A stretch of 62,745 bases of DNA, filler included. It is 9 parts of 9 records of this genome, joined end to end, with 100 filler letters (N's around TTAATTAATTAA, not from the genome) between each part and the next. Parts side by side here need not be neighbours in the genome. Positions count along the whole stretch, not along the records: positions 37,586 to 44,377 come from DRR723986_32494; positions 44,478 to 50,964 come from DRR723986_32590; positions 51,065 to 56,311 come from DRR723986_32633; 6 more parts are not named here. One strand, 5' to 3'. The position numbers and the translations under genes were made by a program. Positions 42,375 through 51,253 of the stretch are shown here, one piece after another (position 1 is the stretch's first letter; each line of letters opens with the position of its first letter). Under the pieces are notes generated by a model. The model saw only the letters and a program-made list of their open reading frames with translations, was not told the origin of the DNA and did not search any database.

Positions 42375-42941
42375 TTACTCCGCAAAATGCTGACGCCCCA
42401 ATCGTTCCAGGATGATCGTGCGCAGCGGGATGCCTTCATGCGTTTCGCCGTCGTCATCAATGTCAAAATATTTACCGAGTGACCCCTCGTATTCTTCGGG
42501 GTTTTCTTCAATATTAATGCCATTGTCATTCAGAACTTCGGCAATTGTGTCAATCACCGATGGCGGCCGAATTTTGAGTTCCTGGGCCAGCTCTGCCGCT
42601 GCGCGTAACAGTATTTCCTGAGTATACAGGCGCTCACAGTTAATCTGCATCGGCGTGTACAGGCGCTCTTCCAGCTGCCCTTGTGGATTAACAAACAGTC
42701 GCTCTTCCAGAAAGTCTTGCGCCTGCAAGCGCCCGGCTTCGTCACGGCTCCATGTGCGTTCGATGCTGCGGAAATGATCGAGCAGTTGATCAACAACAAG
42801 TTCAGTTGGGCCGTTCCACCAGCGCACGCTGATGCTTGTTTCGCCCATTTTGTCCATCAGAGTTAGGTCAAACACAAGTGAGGGGTAGCGTTCGCCCAGG
42901 AAGCGTCGCATCTGGCGCATTGCGATTTCGGGGCTTATCAT
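42375..42941 (-). CDS. Hypothetical protein with LPD29-like N-terminal domain
   Basis: MRRFLGERYP...SISVRWWNGPT resembles the LPD29 WxDGPT motif; acidic C-terminus. Confidence 0.5.
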   Translation of the reverse strand: MISPEIAMRQMRRFLGERYPSLVFDLTLMDKMGETSISVRWWNGPTELVVDQLLDHFRSIERTWSRDEAGRLQAQDFLEERLFVNPQGQLEERLYTPMQINCERLYTQEILLRAAAELAQELKIRPPSVIDTIAEVLNDNGINIEENPEEYEGSLGKYFDIDDDGETHEGIPLRTIILERLGRQHFAE

Positions 42942-43137
42942 GGTGGCACCTCACTGCAATCAACAGATCCGAATTCGGAGCCGCAAAGTGGCCAGACATT
43001 CGGAAGGAACTACCCAATAACAGTCGCTGTAGTGCCCGGCTTTATTGTGCCGGACTGCGACTTCTGTTGCAGGCAGAATCTGTCAACTGTGGGCCTGGCA
43101 ATCGCTGCAGATTCACTTCATGTGCCTGCGCGCGCTA

Positions 43138-43668
43138 TCAATTGACCGTGTTCAGTTCGGTATTGTCTTCACTTGTTGCTACATCAGAAGTGTCGGTGGT
43201 CTTACTCGCATCAGCAGTATGGCGGCATGCGGTGCGGTAGCGCAGGTTAACCATGTGGGCGGCGGCGATCAGGAGCCCACCAAGTACAGCCATCGTCGTT
43301 TCACCCCAGTGCAGGTGGATCTCGTCGTGATGGTGCATGTGTCCATGCGCAAAAAAGTGTCCGAGTTTGCTGATACCCAGCAGCAGGATTCCGGAGCCGG
43401 CCATCAGCACGGGCAGGATTTTCCGGTGAATCAGGAAGCTGCGCCAGATCGTGTATCCGCCCAGAATAATGGCGCTGGCCAGGAAGGCGATTTCCCAGAT
43501 CCAGTTGAGCGTCACCACCAGGTTTACCAGTGGCAGTGCGCCGGCTATCAGCCCATAGGCCACACAGTGTACGGCGCAAACCATGGACGCAACCATACCA
43601 AAGCGGTCGAGCAGACGCAGGCGGTCACGAGATTTTATGTTGATTGGGGATGCCGACATTGCGGGCAC
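43138..43668 (-). CDS. MerC-domain membrane protein with His-rich loop
   Basis: LDRFGMVASMVCAVHC, HGHMHHHDEIHLH, GGLLIAAAHMVN. Confidence 0.85.
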   Translation of the reverse strand: MPAMSASPINIKSRDRLRLLDRFGMVASMVCAVHCVAYGLIAGALPLVNLVVTLNWIWEIAFLASAIILGGYTIWRSFLIHRKILPVLMAGSGILLLGISKLGHFFAHGHMHHHDEIHLHWGETTMAVLGGLLIAAAHMVNLRYRTACRHTADASKTTDTSDVATSEDNTELNTVN

Positions 43669-44057
43669 ACTCCTGTAAATTTTACGAGATGTCGCACGGA
43701 GTCAAAGCCTGTACGTTTACGAATCAGGGCTTCAACTTCCGCCATAAAACAGTGGCCAATATCAACTGTGCTATCACATTCGGTGCACAGAATTGCGTGC
43801 GAATGATCGTGATCGGCCAGTGCAAACAGGGCTCCACGTTCGCTCATCTCAACTTTGTGAACCACCCCGATTTGGCAGAGTGTTTCCAGGTTGCGGTAGA
43901 TCGTAGCGGCGTCAATTTCATCACCTGCCAGGCGCACTTGAATATCATTGGCCGCCAGCGGGGAGTCAGCTTCACAGAGGCAGCGCAGCACGGACTTGCG
44001 TGCATGTGTCATCCGCGGCAGCTGTTCGCGCACTTTGGCCAGTAATTCGTCGTACAT
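43635..44057 (-). CDS. Fur family transcriptional regulator (Zur-like)
   Basis: RMTHAR, ATIYRNL, HDHSHAILCTEC, GVCPQC. Confidence 0.92.
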   Translation of the reverse strand: MYDELLAKVREQLPRMTHARKSVLRCLCEADSPLAANDIQVRLAGDEIDAATIYRNLETLCQIGVVHKVEMSERGALFALADHDHSHAILCTECDSTVDIGHCFMAEVEALIRKRTGFDSVRHLVKFTGVCPQCRHPQST

Positions 44058-44118
44058 CACTACAAACATCCTATGAGAGAGTTTTCGAGCTACAAACTTA
44101 CTGCGATTGAATTACTTT

Positions 44119-44133
44119 TGCAAATGGATTGCA
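44119..44133. promoter_or_regulatory. Candidate Fur/Zur-family operator
   Basis: Palindrome TGCAA-atgga-TTGCA in AT-rich sequence upstream of the fur-merC pair. Confidence 0.5.
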
Positions 44134-44275
44134 TTAAGGTGCAAGCTTGTGGATTCGCGCTTTATGCCTGGCGGCATAGCTTTTGGTGGTTTTCTTGTTA
44201 GTTGATGGGTTGGGGGCTAGGGGGCGGTCGTTGGTGTTTTGGTTGGGGGGACGGCGGGGCGGTCGTTGGTTGCGG

Positions 44276-44300
44276 GAGACGAGGCATGCCTCGTCTCTAC
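44276..44300 (-). repeat. GTAG-type REP palindrome
   Basis: Minus strand GTAGAGACGAGGCATGCCTCGTCTC with a 22-bp perfect palindrome; adjacent short tandem duplications. Confidence 0.7.
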
Positions 44301-44377
44301 CAGACCCGACTACCAGACCCGATGGATGGAGACGGTGGGATGATATTTTTGGACGGACTCCTCCGTTGAATCTTTGG

Positions 44378-44477
44378 NNNNNNNNNNNNNNNNNNNNNNN
44401 NNNNNNNNNNNNNNNNNNNNNTTAATTAATTAANNNNNNNNNNNNNNNNNNNNNNNNNNNNNNNNNNNNNNNNNNNN
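44378..44477. other. Artificial contig linker
   Basis: 44 N + TTAATTAATTAA + 44 N. Confidence 0.99.
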
Positions 44478-44478
44478 C

Positions 44479-44754
44479 ATTCTTGCTGGCGCTTGGAGCC
44501 GAGTCGGAAGTGCCCGAGATTTTGGCAATGTCGTCCAGGATTTGCGTTCGTCAATCTACCGAGGTGTAAACGGATCCTATTTTCTCGGCACAGATGGGCA
44601 GGTCGGCTTAACCTACCCAGACAACACCGCAGATCCGTCCATTAGCCAAGCCCATTTGGTTTTTCAGATCCAGCAAGACAGGCACAAAATCATTGCTCCC
44701 TCACCTTACATTGAAGGAACATTTGAATTGCCTTGGTGGTTTCAAGGGCGGTGA
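44479..44754 (+). CDS. 3' fragment, probable ABC substrate-binding protein (branched-chain amino acid type)
   Basis: Frame open from the contig edge: ILAGAWSRVG...YRGVNGSY...LVFQIQ...IIAP.PY....F.LPWW. Confidence 0.5.
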   Translation: MLAGAWSRVGSARDFGNVVQDLRSSIYRGVNGSYFLGTDGQVGLTYPDNTADPSISQAHLVFQIQQDRHKIIAPSPYIEGTFELPWWFQGR

Positions 44755-44935
44755 AGTAGGCCACATAGATATTGGGCAATGCGTGAGTGTTTTTGCTCGA
44801 GTAGAGTTTGATCGCGAATGTTGGGCATAGGTGTCATGAATCGAAGAACACCGTACGTACACTGATCTACAATACGTGTATCGCACACCTACTCATCAAC
44901 CTCGCGCCATTGATATCGGCACAGACTTGCGCAGT

Positions 44936-45968
44936 TCAATGTTTCGCGGCCCATACCCTGAAGCTTTTTGCGGCGGTGATTTCACGGATCAGGCCCATGT
45001 TTTGCAGACGCGCCAACAGCCGTTCTGCGGTATCACGCGAGATATCGGCAGCCTGTTTGACCATTTCGGTTGTGGCAAGGGGTTTTGCCATCAGCGCGGC
45101 GATGATGCGCGCGGGATTATCGCCGCGGATCACTGCCGTGGCCTCACGCGCCCGCACAGCCCAGTTCCGCAGGCGCAAAAGCTCGCCCCGCGCACCTGTC
45201 GCTTCCTGTTCAATAGTGCGGAAATACACGGCCAGCGTTTGCGCCCCGGTACCGTTCAGCCGCCGCCCGCCCTGCCCCATGGGCACGAAACGCAGCGCCA
45301 GACATTCCGTCGCCATGGCTCGAGCGGCCCAGACCCGGGCCTCGATCTGGTCGTCATCTGGAGACAGGTCAGACAAGTGCCACAAATGCTGGCCGAACGC
45401 AGCGCGGGTCAGCGGATGGGCACCGTCCAATGCGGACAATTCTGCAGTAAATTCCGCCGCCGCCCCATCAAAGTCCGTGCCGGTCAAACGACGCCCCGGA
45501 TCAGGGGGGGCGCCTTGCCCGGTTTGTGCCATACCGCGATGCAAGCCCAGAAAGCCGCGCAGATCGTCCAGATCCCCTTCGCCCATCAGCCGCCGTACAG
45601 CCCATCGCGCCGCCTGCAACCCATGAATATCGGTGCCCGCCCGCGCCTGCAACTGGTCGCGGCCAATTTCGTCCAGCGGGATGGGCGTGCCTGCAGCCCA
45701 GCTAAGCGCCTCGGCCTCGTGCAGGGCCAGCCGTTCCTGCGCCCCCTGCCCCATATCGGCCACCAGCATATCCAACTGCCCCGTGGCCATGGCCGCGCGG
45801 GCCAAAGCGTCCGCCTCGCGGGCCTGCGCGGCGATCCACTCTGCCGGTTGGGTCAGCGCGCGCAGATCGGCGTGGGGCAGCGGGATGTCATGAACGGCAA
45901 ACGCGGTGTCGGGGTCGGCCAGGAACCAAAGGTCGGCCTCTTCTGTCGCAATTGCTTTGCCGTTTCAT
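44936..45968 (-). CDS. DUF1612/Fic-like helical protein with C-terminal winged helix; 5' end frameshifted or non-canonical start
   Basis: Frame open 45964-44936 (includes EEADLWFL); nearest ATG (45968) is one base out of frame; ends GLIREITAAKSFRVW; no HPFxxGNGR. Confidence 0.6.
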
Positions 45969-46112
45969 TAAAAAGTTCTTACAGGATTCCAGCAGGATGA
46001 AGCGTAATCCGACGTGGTATTTTACGTTTCGATTTCAATTTTTAGCTCGCGTTTCAATAAGCGAGAACATGGGGCAGAAGATGGGGTTTAGAAACCGTGG
46101 AGGGGCGGGTTC

Positions 46113-47747
46113 ATGACGCTGCGCGAAAACGAAGCGTCTGACGAGGCTTGGGCGAAGGCAACGCGTATCGGGCGAGAACTGGATCGCATTCTGGACGGGC
46201 AAGAGCCTATGCGCACCGCAGTTGCTCGGGCCGCATCCGAATTGCGTCTCTCGACGCGCCAAGTCTACAACCACCTGCGCCGATATCGTACCGAACGTCG
46301 GGTGTCTTCGCTGTTGCCAAAGACAGGTGGAGCTAGGCGCGCAAGGATCAGCCCGGCTGTTGAGGAAATCATTTCGGCAACACTTCGGGAGATCTGGCTT
46401 CAGCCCGAGCAACCGGACCTTGCGCCGATTGTCGATGAAATCCGCAGCCGTTGTGTCAGCGATGGTCTTGATCCGCCCGCCTATGTCACCGTTTCCAAGC
46501 GTATCCCACGACTGTTCACGCCCGAGGAGATTGCACGACGGCGACATTCAGGAGGGAAAAGCCTGCGGCGTCTGAAACCCCGCCCAGGCTATATTCGGGC
46601 CAAACACGCACTCGATGTAGTCCAGATAGACCACACCCCCGCTGACATCCAGTTTGTGGAAGTCATCGATGGTCAGGGCATCTATGTCGGACGCCCCTAT
46701 CTCACTATCGCAGCCGATGTTGCAACAAGCGCGATTATTGGCTTCTGCCTGACCCTAGAGAAGCCCTCACGCCTGTCGGTCGCCCTCTGTCTTGCACAGG
46801 CGATGTGCCGCAAGGAGGACTGGCTGGCAGCGCGCGACATCAATCATTCCTGGCCGATGTTTGGCCGCCCGAAGAAGGTCGTCGTGGATTCCGCCATGGA
46901 ATTCAGAAGCACCAGTTTCATCCGGGGATGTGCTGATTACGGCATTGCAATTGAAAGCCGGAACAAGGGGACCGTCCATCGTGGCGGGGTTGTCGAACGG
47001 CTTCTCGGCAAGGTGAATACGATGTTACGCTCCCTGCCTGGCAAGACCGGGCGTTCCATCGCGGATCGGGGTGAATATCTGTCCGAAGACCGTGCGAGGC
47101 TCAGCTTTGCAGACCTCGAACGCTGTATCGCGTTGGCGATCATCGATCACAATCTTAGCCAGAATGAACGCAAGCTGACGGTCCCGACCATTGAATGGAA
47201 ACGAAAATGCCGTCAGCCGGATGGCCCGGAAGACAGCCCTTTCGACGTATTGCTCAGCTTTCTCCCGAACAAGACACGCAGGATTTCACCTCAAGGTGTC
47301 AGCCTGTTTGCCAACGACTATTTCGATCCATGGTTGGGCCCGTTGGTCGCCCGCCGTGATCGATTGGATGCTCTCGATGTTCGTTATGATCCTCGGGACA
47401 TTAGCCACATCTACATCAAGGATCCCGATACAGGAGTCTGGCGCCCTGTGGCGCGTCGGGATGGACTGCTTGAAGGGGTCACCCTCTGGCAGCACAGGGC
47501 CGAGAGAAACCGAGCGCGCGAAACCGGTCGGCGCCCGATCGAGGAGAAGACCGCGATCCGCCGCGAAATCGCGGCGACCGTAGATGCCTCGGCATCGAAG
47601 AAGCAAAGGCTGAAGGAAGTCGCTCGGGCCAGGCATGCGGCTCATGCGCCGAAACCCTACCAGAGCCTGACTCCTGCCCCGACACCAATCCGGGAAACGC
47701 CCGACCCCGAACGTCCGCGCCGCGTCTATCCGGTGGAGGATTGGTAA
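46113..47747 (+). CDS. tniA: Mu/TniA-type DDE transposase
   Basis: N-terminal HTH; VQIDHT, GRPYLT, VVVDSAMEF, VERLLG; C-terminal VRYDPRDIS. Confidence 0.92.
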   Translation: MTLRENEASDEAWAKATRIGRELDRILDGQEPMRTAVARAASELRLSTRQVYNHLRRYRTERRVSSLLPKTGGARRARISPAVEEIISATLREIWLQPEQPDLAPIVDEIRSRCVSDGLDPPAYVTVSKRIPRLFTPEEIARRRHSGGKSLRRLKPRPGYIRAKHALDVVQIDHTPADIQFVEVIDGQGIYVGRPYLTIAADVATSAIIGFCLTLEKPSRLSVALCLAQAMCRKEDWLAARDINHSWPMFGRPKKVVVDSAMEFRSTSFIRGCADYGIAIESRNKGTVHRGGVVERLLGKVNTMLRSLPGKTGRSIADRGEYLSEDRARLSFADLERCIALAIIDHNLSQNERKLTVPTIEWKRKCRQPDGPEDSPFDVLLSFLPNKTRRISPQGVSLFANDYFDPWLGPLVARRDRLDALDVRYDPRDISHIYIKDPDTGVWRPVARRDGLLEGVTLWQHRAERNRARETGRRPIEEKTAIRREIAATVDASASKKQRLKEVARARHAAHAPKPYQSLTPAPTPIRETPDPERPRRVYPVEDW

Positions 47748-47748
47748 A

Positions 47749-48630
47749 ATGACGGATCGCCTCCTGGACTCCGCCGCATCACTTCTCGATGCCGGTGACG
47801 CGTGCCGCATCGCCCATATCCGGTCGGCCCGTTGGATCAGCCATCCGGTTGCATGTCGCGCCCATAACGCCATGCGTCTGCTACTCGATCGGCCAGTAAC
47901 CTTGCGTCCCAGAGGGCTCTTGCTGACAGGCCCCTATCACAATGGCAAGACGATGATCGTCGAACGCTTTGCGATTGAACATTTGCGGCAGTCAGAACGT
48001 CAAAGGATCTGGATGATCCAGACCCGAGAAGGTGCCGGACTGTCTCACTTCTATGCCAGCATTCTTGCCGGGCTGCGCGCGCCTCAGGCATCTGGTTGGC
48101 GGAGCCTGTCGCGCGCGGGCGAGCAGGTGGATCATTTGCTGGACAGCTTGAAACCCCGCCTGCTCATCTTCGATGAGTTTCACAGCGCCCTTCGAGGGCG
48201 CCGACAGGACGTGAAAGCTATCTTTTCGTTCCTGCGCCGTATCGCTCGTGTCCACGACATTTCGCCCGTACTGGTTGGCGAGGTTGCGGTCTATGACGCG
48301 GTACACGACACCGAGGAAATGGGATCGCGGTTCGATACGATCCCTATTCCCAGATGGGCGTATGACGAGGATTTCGCGACGCTCCTCGATAGTCTTGAGA
48401 CCAGCATGCCTCTCGCCCGAGCCTCGGACCTGTCGCGACCATCACTGGCTGAGATCATCCATGAATTGTCAGAGGGCTTGATCGGAGAGGTCGTCGATAT
48501 CGTGAGCAACGCGGCTATCACGGCGATAAGGAACGGCGAGGAACACATCTCTGAAGCGACCATCGCCTCGCTTGGTTACACGTCCCTGTCAAAACGCCGA
48601 AATGCTCCTTTGCGCCGCGAAATGATGTGA
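47749..48630 (+). CDS. tniB: TniB NTP-binding protein (TnsC-like AAA+)
   Basis: RIAHI...WISHP, Walker A GPYHNGKT, Walker B LLIFDEFH, SEGLIGE. Confidence 0.92.
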   Translation: MTDRLLDSAASLLDAGDACRIAHIRSARWISHPVACRAHNAMRLLLDRPVTLRPRGLLLTGPYHNGKTMIVERFAIEHLRQSERQRIWMIQTREGAGLSHFYASILAGLRAPQASGWRSLSRAGEQVDHLLDSLKPRLLIFDEFHSALRGRRQDVKAIFSFLRRIARVHDISPVLVGEVAVYDAVHDTEEMGSRFDTIPIPRWAYDEDFATLLDSLETSMPLARASDLSRPSLAEIIHELSEGLIGEVVDIVSNAAITAIRNGEEHISEATIASLGYTSLSKRRNAPLRREMM

Positions 48631-49661
48631 CCCAGTCTGCGTCCGAGATCACAGTCACACCTGCGCGCGACTACGGCAATGAGGTGGGGCAAGGCTGGCC
48701 CGTCGTTGTTGCACCGGCACCCGGAGAGCTTCTGTCGAGCTGGCTGCATCGGCTGGCCATGGCCAATGGAATTCCTCCTCAATATTTTGGGCGGGTTCTG
48801 GATGTCGCAGGTGCAGATTGGTCTGCGAAGCTTGACCGAAATCTTCCCGGACGGGTCCTCAATTTGCTGGTCGAGCGAACCCGGTTGCCCGCCGAGGAGA
48901 TTGATGGCCTGGCTTTGCACCGCGACCCGCTGGCCCGGTTGCGAGTGCGGCTGATCACAGGATCAGGAGATGCCCGCACATCGACCGCTCGGGTCAATCG
49001 CCTGCAATATTGCCCGGCATGCCTGAAAGAGGATCGCGCACCGTTCTTCCGGCGCGGCTGGAGCCTGGCGACGCGCGTTTCCTGCTTTCGGCATGGATGC
49101 CGCTTGCGCGATCACTGCCCTGCCTGCGGCGGCGGCATTGCGCCTGCTCGACAGAACCGGCTTCTGCCGCAACATTTCTGCGTCTGGTGTGATGCTGATC
49201 TCCGAAAACCCACCCTGCCCGCCGAGTATGATGTGCAGCGTCTCGAACGGCTCATCGACGATTTGCTTCGAATGCATGTTGCGGGACATGGACGGCATGG
49301 AAAGACATCCCTGCCCGCCATGCTTGGGGCGGCTTGTTTCACGTTCAATGGCCAGCCGACGTCAATTTCGCGCTTGCCGCACCGGGTCCGCTACGTATTG
49401 TTCCGCCAGTTGGCCGATGGAATGACGCACCTCCAAAAACATTCCGTGCATCCTGCAATTGATCTCTGGACCCGCATTGCACGGGCTGCGCCCAAGCATT
49501 CCGACTTGGTGGCGTCATTGAGTGCAGAGATCACGTCACAGATCACACCGGGAACAAAGACGCGCTCCAGACATCCTGATTCGGCGGACTTACAACAGGT
49601 CATCGTTCGCCTTCATTCAAACCGCCGCACATCATTGGCAACGGCTATGACTGCGAATTGA
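48627..49661 (+). CDS. tniQ: TniQ family target-selection protein
   Basis: PAPGELLSSWLHRLAMAN; Zn motifs YCPACL, CFRH, CPAC, CVWC; ATGA-type overlap with tniB. Confidence 0.9.
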   Translation: MTQSASEITVTPARDYGNEVGQGWPVVVAPAPGELLSSWLHRLAMANGIPPQYFGRVLDVAGADWSAKLDRNLPGRVLNLLVERTRLPAEEIDGLALHRDPLARLRVRLITGSGDARTSTARVNRLQYCPACLKEDRAPFFRRGWSLATRVSCFRHGCRLRDHCPACGGGIAPARQNRLLPQHFCVWCDADLRKPTLPAEYDVQRLERLIDDLLRMHVAGHGRHGKTSLPAMLGAACFTFNGQPTSISRLPHRVRYVLFRQLADGMTHLQKHSVHPAIDLWTRIARAAPKHSDLVASLSAEITSQITPGTKTRSRHPDSADLQQVIVRLHSNRRTSLATAMTAN

Positions 49662-50244
49662 TGACCCCTGCATCCTCCATCTGCTCCCGATCGGGCAGGT
49701 CCTGCAGCGACTCCAGATCGAACGCGACCAGGAACTGCTCCGTCGTCACATAGGTATAGGGTGCCCCGCGCCGCGGCGACCGTGGCCCGGTGACGATCAA
49801 TCCACGCGCATGCAATCTTCCGATCAGATCTCGGCTGATCTCTTTGCCGAAGATGTCTTTCAGGCCGTCCCGTGTGATCGGCTGGTGGTAGGCGATGGCG
49901 GCCAGGACAGCGACATCGTACTCGCGCAGATCGAGGTCCTGTTCACCTATATCAGCGGCGGTCCGGATCGCCGGGGCGTAGGCGGGCCTCGTCCTCAGCA
50001 TCCAACCGCCGGCGACCTTCGTCACTTCGAATGATCGGCCGTCAAGGTCAGCGGCCAGGTCCTCTATCAGAAGCTCAACCGAAGCTCCTTGCCCTACCAC
50101 CCGAGCCAGGTCCTCGCGCGGCACCGGCGATGCGCTGGCGAAGAGAACGGCTTCAATCCGCCGCATCCATTCGCGCCAGCGCAATTCGGCTGGCAGATCG
50201 TTCAGTTCCCGATCGAAGTCAGTTTCGGCGTGATCCTTGGCCAT
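49645..50244 (-). CDS. scpB: ScpB-like (KITE) protein, accessory/plasmid type
   Basis: RIEAVLFAS..P, VLAAIAYHQPITR, GPRSPRRGAPYTYVTTEQFL..F.LESLQDLP. Confidence 0.88.
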   Translation of the reverse strand: MAKDHAETDFDRELNDLPAELRWREWMRRIEAVLFASASPVPREDLARVVGQGASVELLIEDLAADLDGRSFEVTKVAGGWMLRTRPAYAPAIRTAADIGEQDLDLREYDVAVLAAIAYHQPITRDGLKDIFGKEISRDLIGRLHARGLIVTGPRSPRRGAPYTYVTTEQFLVAFDLESLQDLPDREQMEDAGVINSQS

Positions 50245-50247
50245 CGC

Positions 50248-50964
50248 TCAGATCCCGTAGAGCCGGAACGTGTCGCGGCCGGTCAGCTCGCGCACCGCGC
50301 CGAGATCGACCAACCGGTCACAGAGCCGCCGTGCGGACCGGTCCGGTAGTGGGAGGGCCGCAGGCGCGACGGCATCTTGGGCCAGGAACATCTCGACGGC
50401 GGCCTCCGCGCCTTTGGCACGCAGCTTAGGCGCGACCGCTTTGAGATGCGCTGCCCGCCGCGCGAGGTCAGTTGAGAGACGCACGGCATCGACCGCCGAT
50501 GAGACGAGCGCACGATGACAAGCCGAGCGTAGGTCTTCGCCTCGCTTGCGCATGTCGGAGCGTTTCAGGCCCGCGGCCAGAAGCGGCACGACATGATCCC
50601 AACCAAGCGCCTGAGCGAGGGTCGCGTCAGCAAGGACGAGCGCGGGTACCTCGGCACGGGGGGCATCGTTTAGTACCGCCTCCAGCACCATTGCCGCGCG
50701 ACTGACCGGTGCTCCCTGCCCGGCGTCGAGCCAACTCGCGATCTGATCACCCTGAAGTTCTGGCAGCGCCCGGACCAGAGCTTTCACGGTCACCGGCCTT
50801 TCCGTGGCAAGACGCCACGCCAGATATGTTTCGCCTGCCGGGCCGGGAAGGTCGCCGGGGCGCAGCATATGAACCACGTCACGCAGTTCCCCTGCCCGCT
50901 CCAGACGACCCGAAAACGCAACACAAGCCTCCGCCGCGCACAGCGCGAGCCTGTCCCGCAGCAA
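50248..50964 (-). CDS. DUF1403 family protein (5' truncated by contig end)
   Basis: LRDRLALCAA, LRPGDLPGPAG, LADATLAQALGW, KLRAKGA, RELTGRDTFRLYG; directly upstream of scpB. Confidence 0.8.
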   Translation of the reverse strand: MLRDRLALCAAEACVAFSGRLERAGELRDVVHMLRPGDLPGPAGETYLAWRLATERPVTVKALVRALPELQGDQIASWLDAGQGAPVSRAAMVLEAVLNDAPRAEVPALVLADATLAQALGWDHVVPLLAAGLKRSDMRKRGEDLRSACHRALVSSAVDAVRLSTDLARRAAHLKAVAPKLRAKGAEAAVEMFLAQDAVAPAALPLPDRSARRLCDRLVDLGAVRELTGRDTFRLYGI

Positions 50965-51064
50965 NNNNNNNNNNNNNNNNNNNNNNNNNNNNNNNNNNNN
51001 NNNNNNNNTTAATTAATTAANNNNNNNNNNNNNNNNNNNNNNNNNNNNNNNNNNNNNNNNNNNN
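50965..51064. other. Artificial contig linker
   Basis: 44 N + TTAATTAATTAA + 44 N. Confidence 0.99.
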
Positions 51065-51079
51065 ACAGCGCTTCGCGCT

Positions 51080-51175
51080 TCCTCAGGATGAGGTCATCCT
51101 TGTTGCATGTTCCCGGATTTGCCAAAACCAGAGCCTCATCCTGAGGAGGACCGCAAGGACCGTCTCGGAGGATGG
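51080..51175. repeat. Alphaproteobacterial dispersed palindromic repeat (CTCATCCTGAGGAG...CGTCTCG type), inverted pair
   Basis: TCCTCAGGATGAGG (51080-51093) and CCTCATCCTGAGGA (51134-51147), followed by GGACCGCAAGGACCGTCTCGGAGGATG. Confidence 0.6.
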
Positions 51176-51253
51176 GCCACATACCCGAAAACCGCACCTG
51201 AACTGCCTAAACCTGGAAAGACCCCGCGCCATCAATCAGGCGCAACGCAGGCC

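Larger units (their letters stand above)
46113..49661 (+). mobile_element. Tn5053/Tn7-like tniABQ transposition module; ends not identified
   Basis: Coupled tniA-tniB-tniQ; no tniR, tnsA or terminal repeats recognised on this contig. Confidence 0.8.

Noticed and set aside
44755-44935. Transposon end for tniABQ
   Set aside because: No TGT-initiated end with repeated transposase-binding sites could be identified with confidence.
44876-46000. Long + strand ORFs (374 aa, 272 aa) and similar antisense ORFs such as 54691-55437, 52946-53746 and 61275-62426
   Set aside because: Shadows of real genes on the opposite strand in GC-rich DNA, with no protein motifs.
32626-49661. CAST or Craspase system from CHAT + sigma + tniQ
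   Set aside because: The genes are on different contigs from different taxa, and no cas genes or arrays are present.
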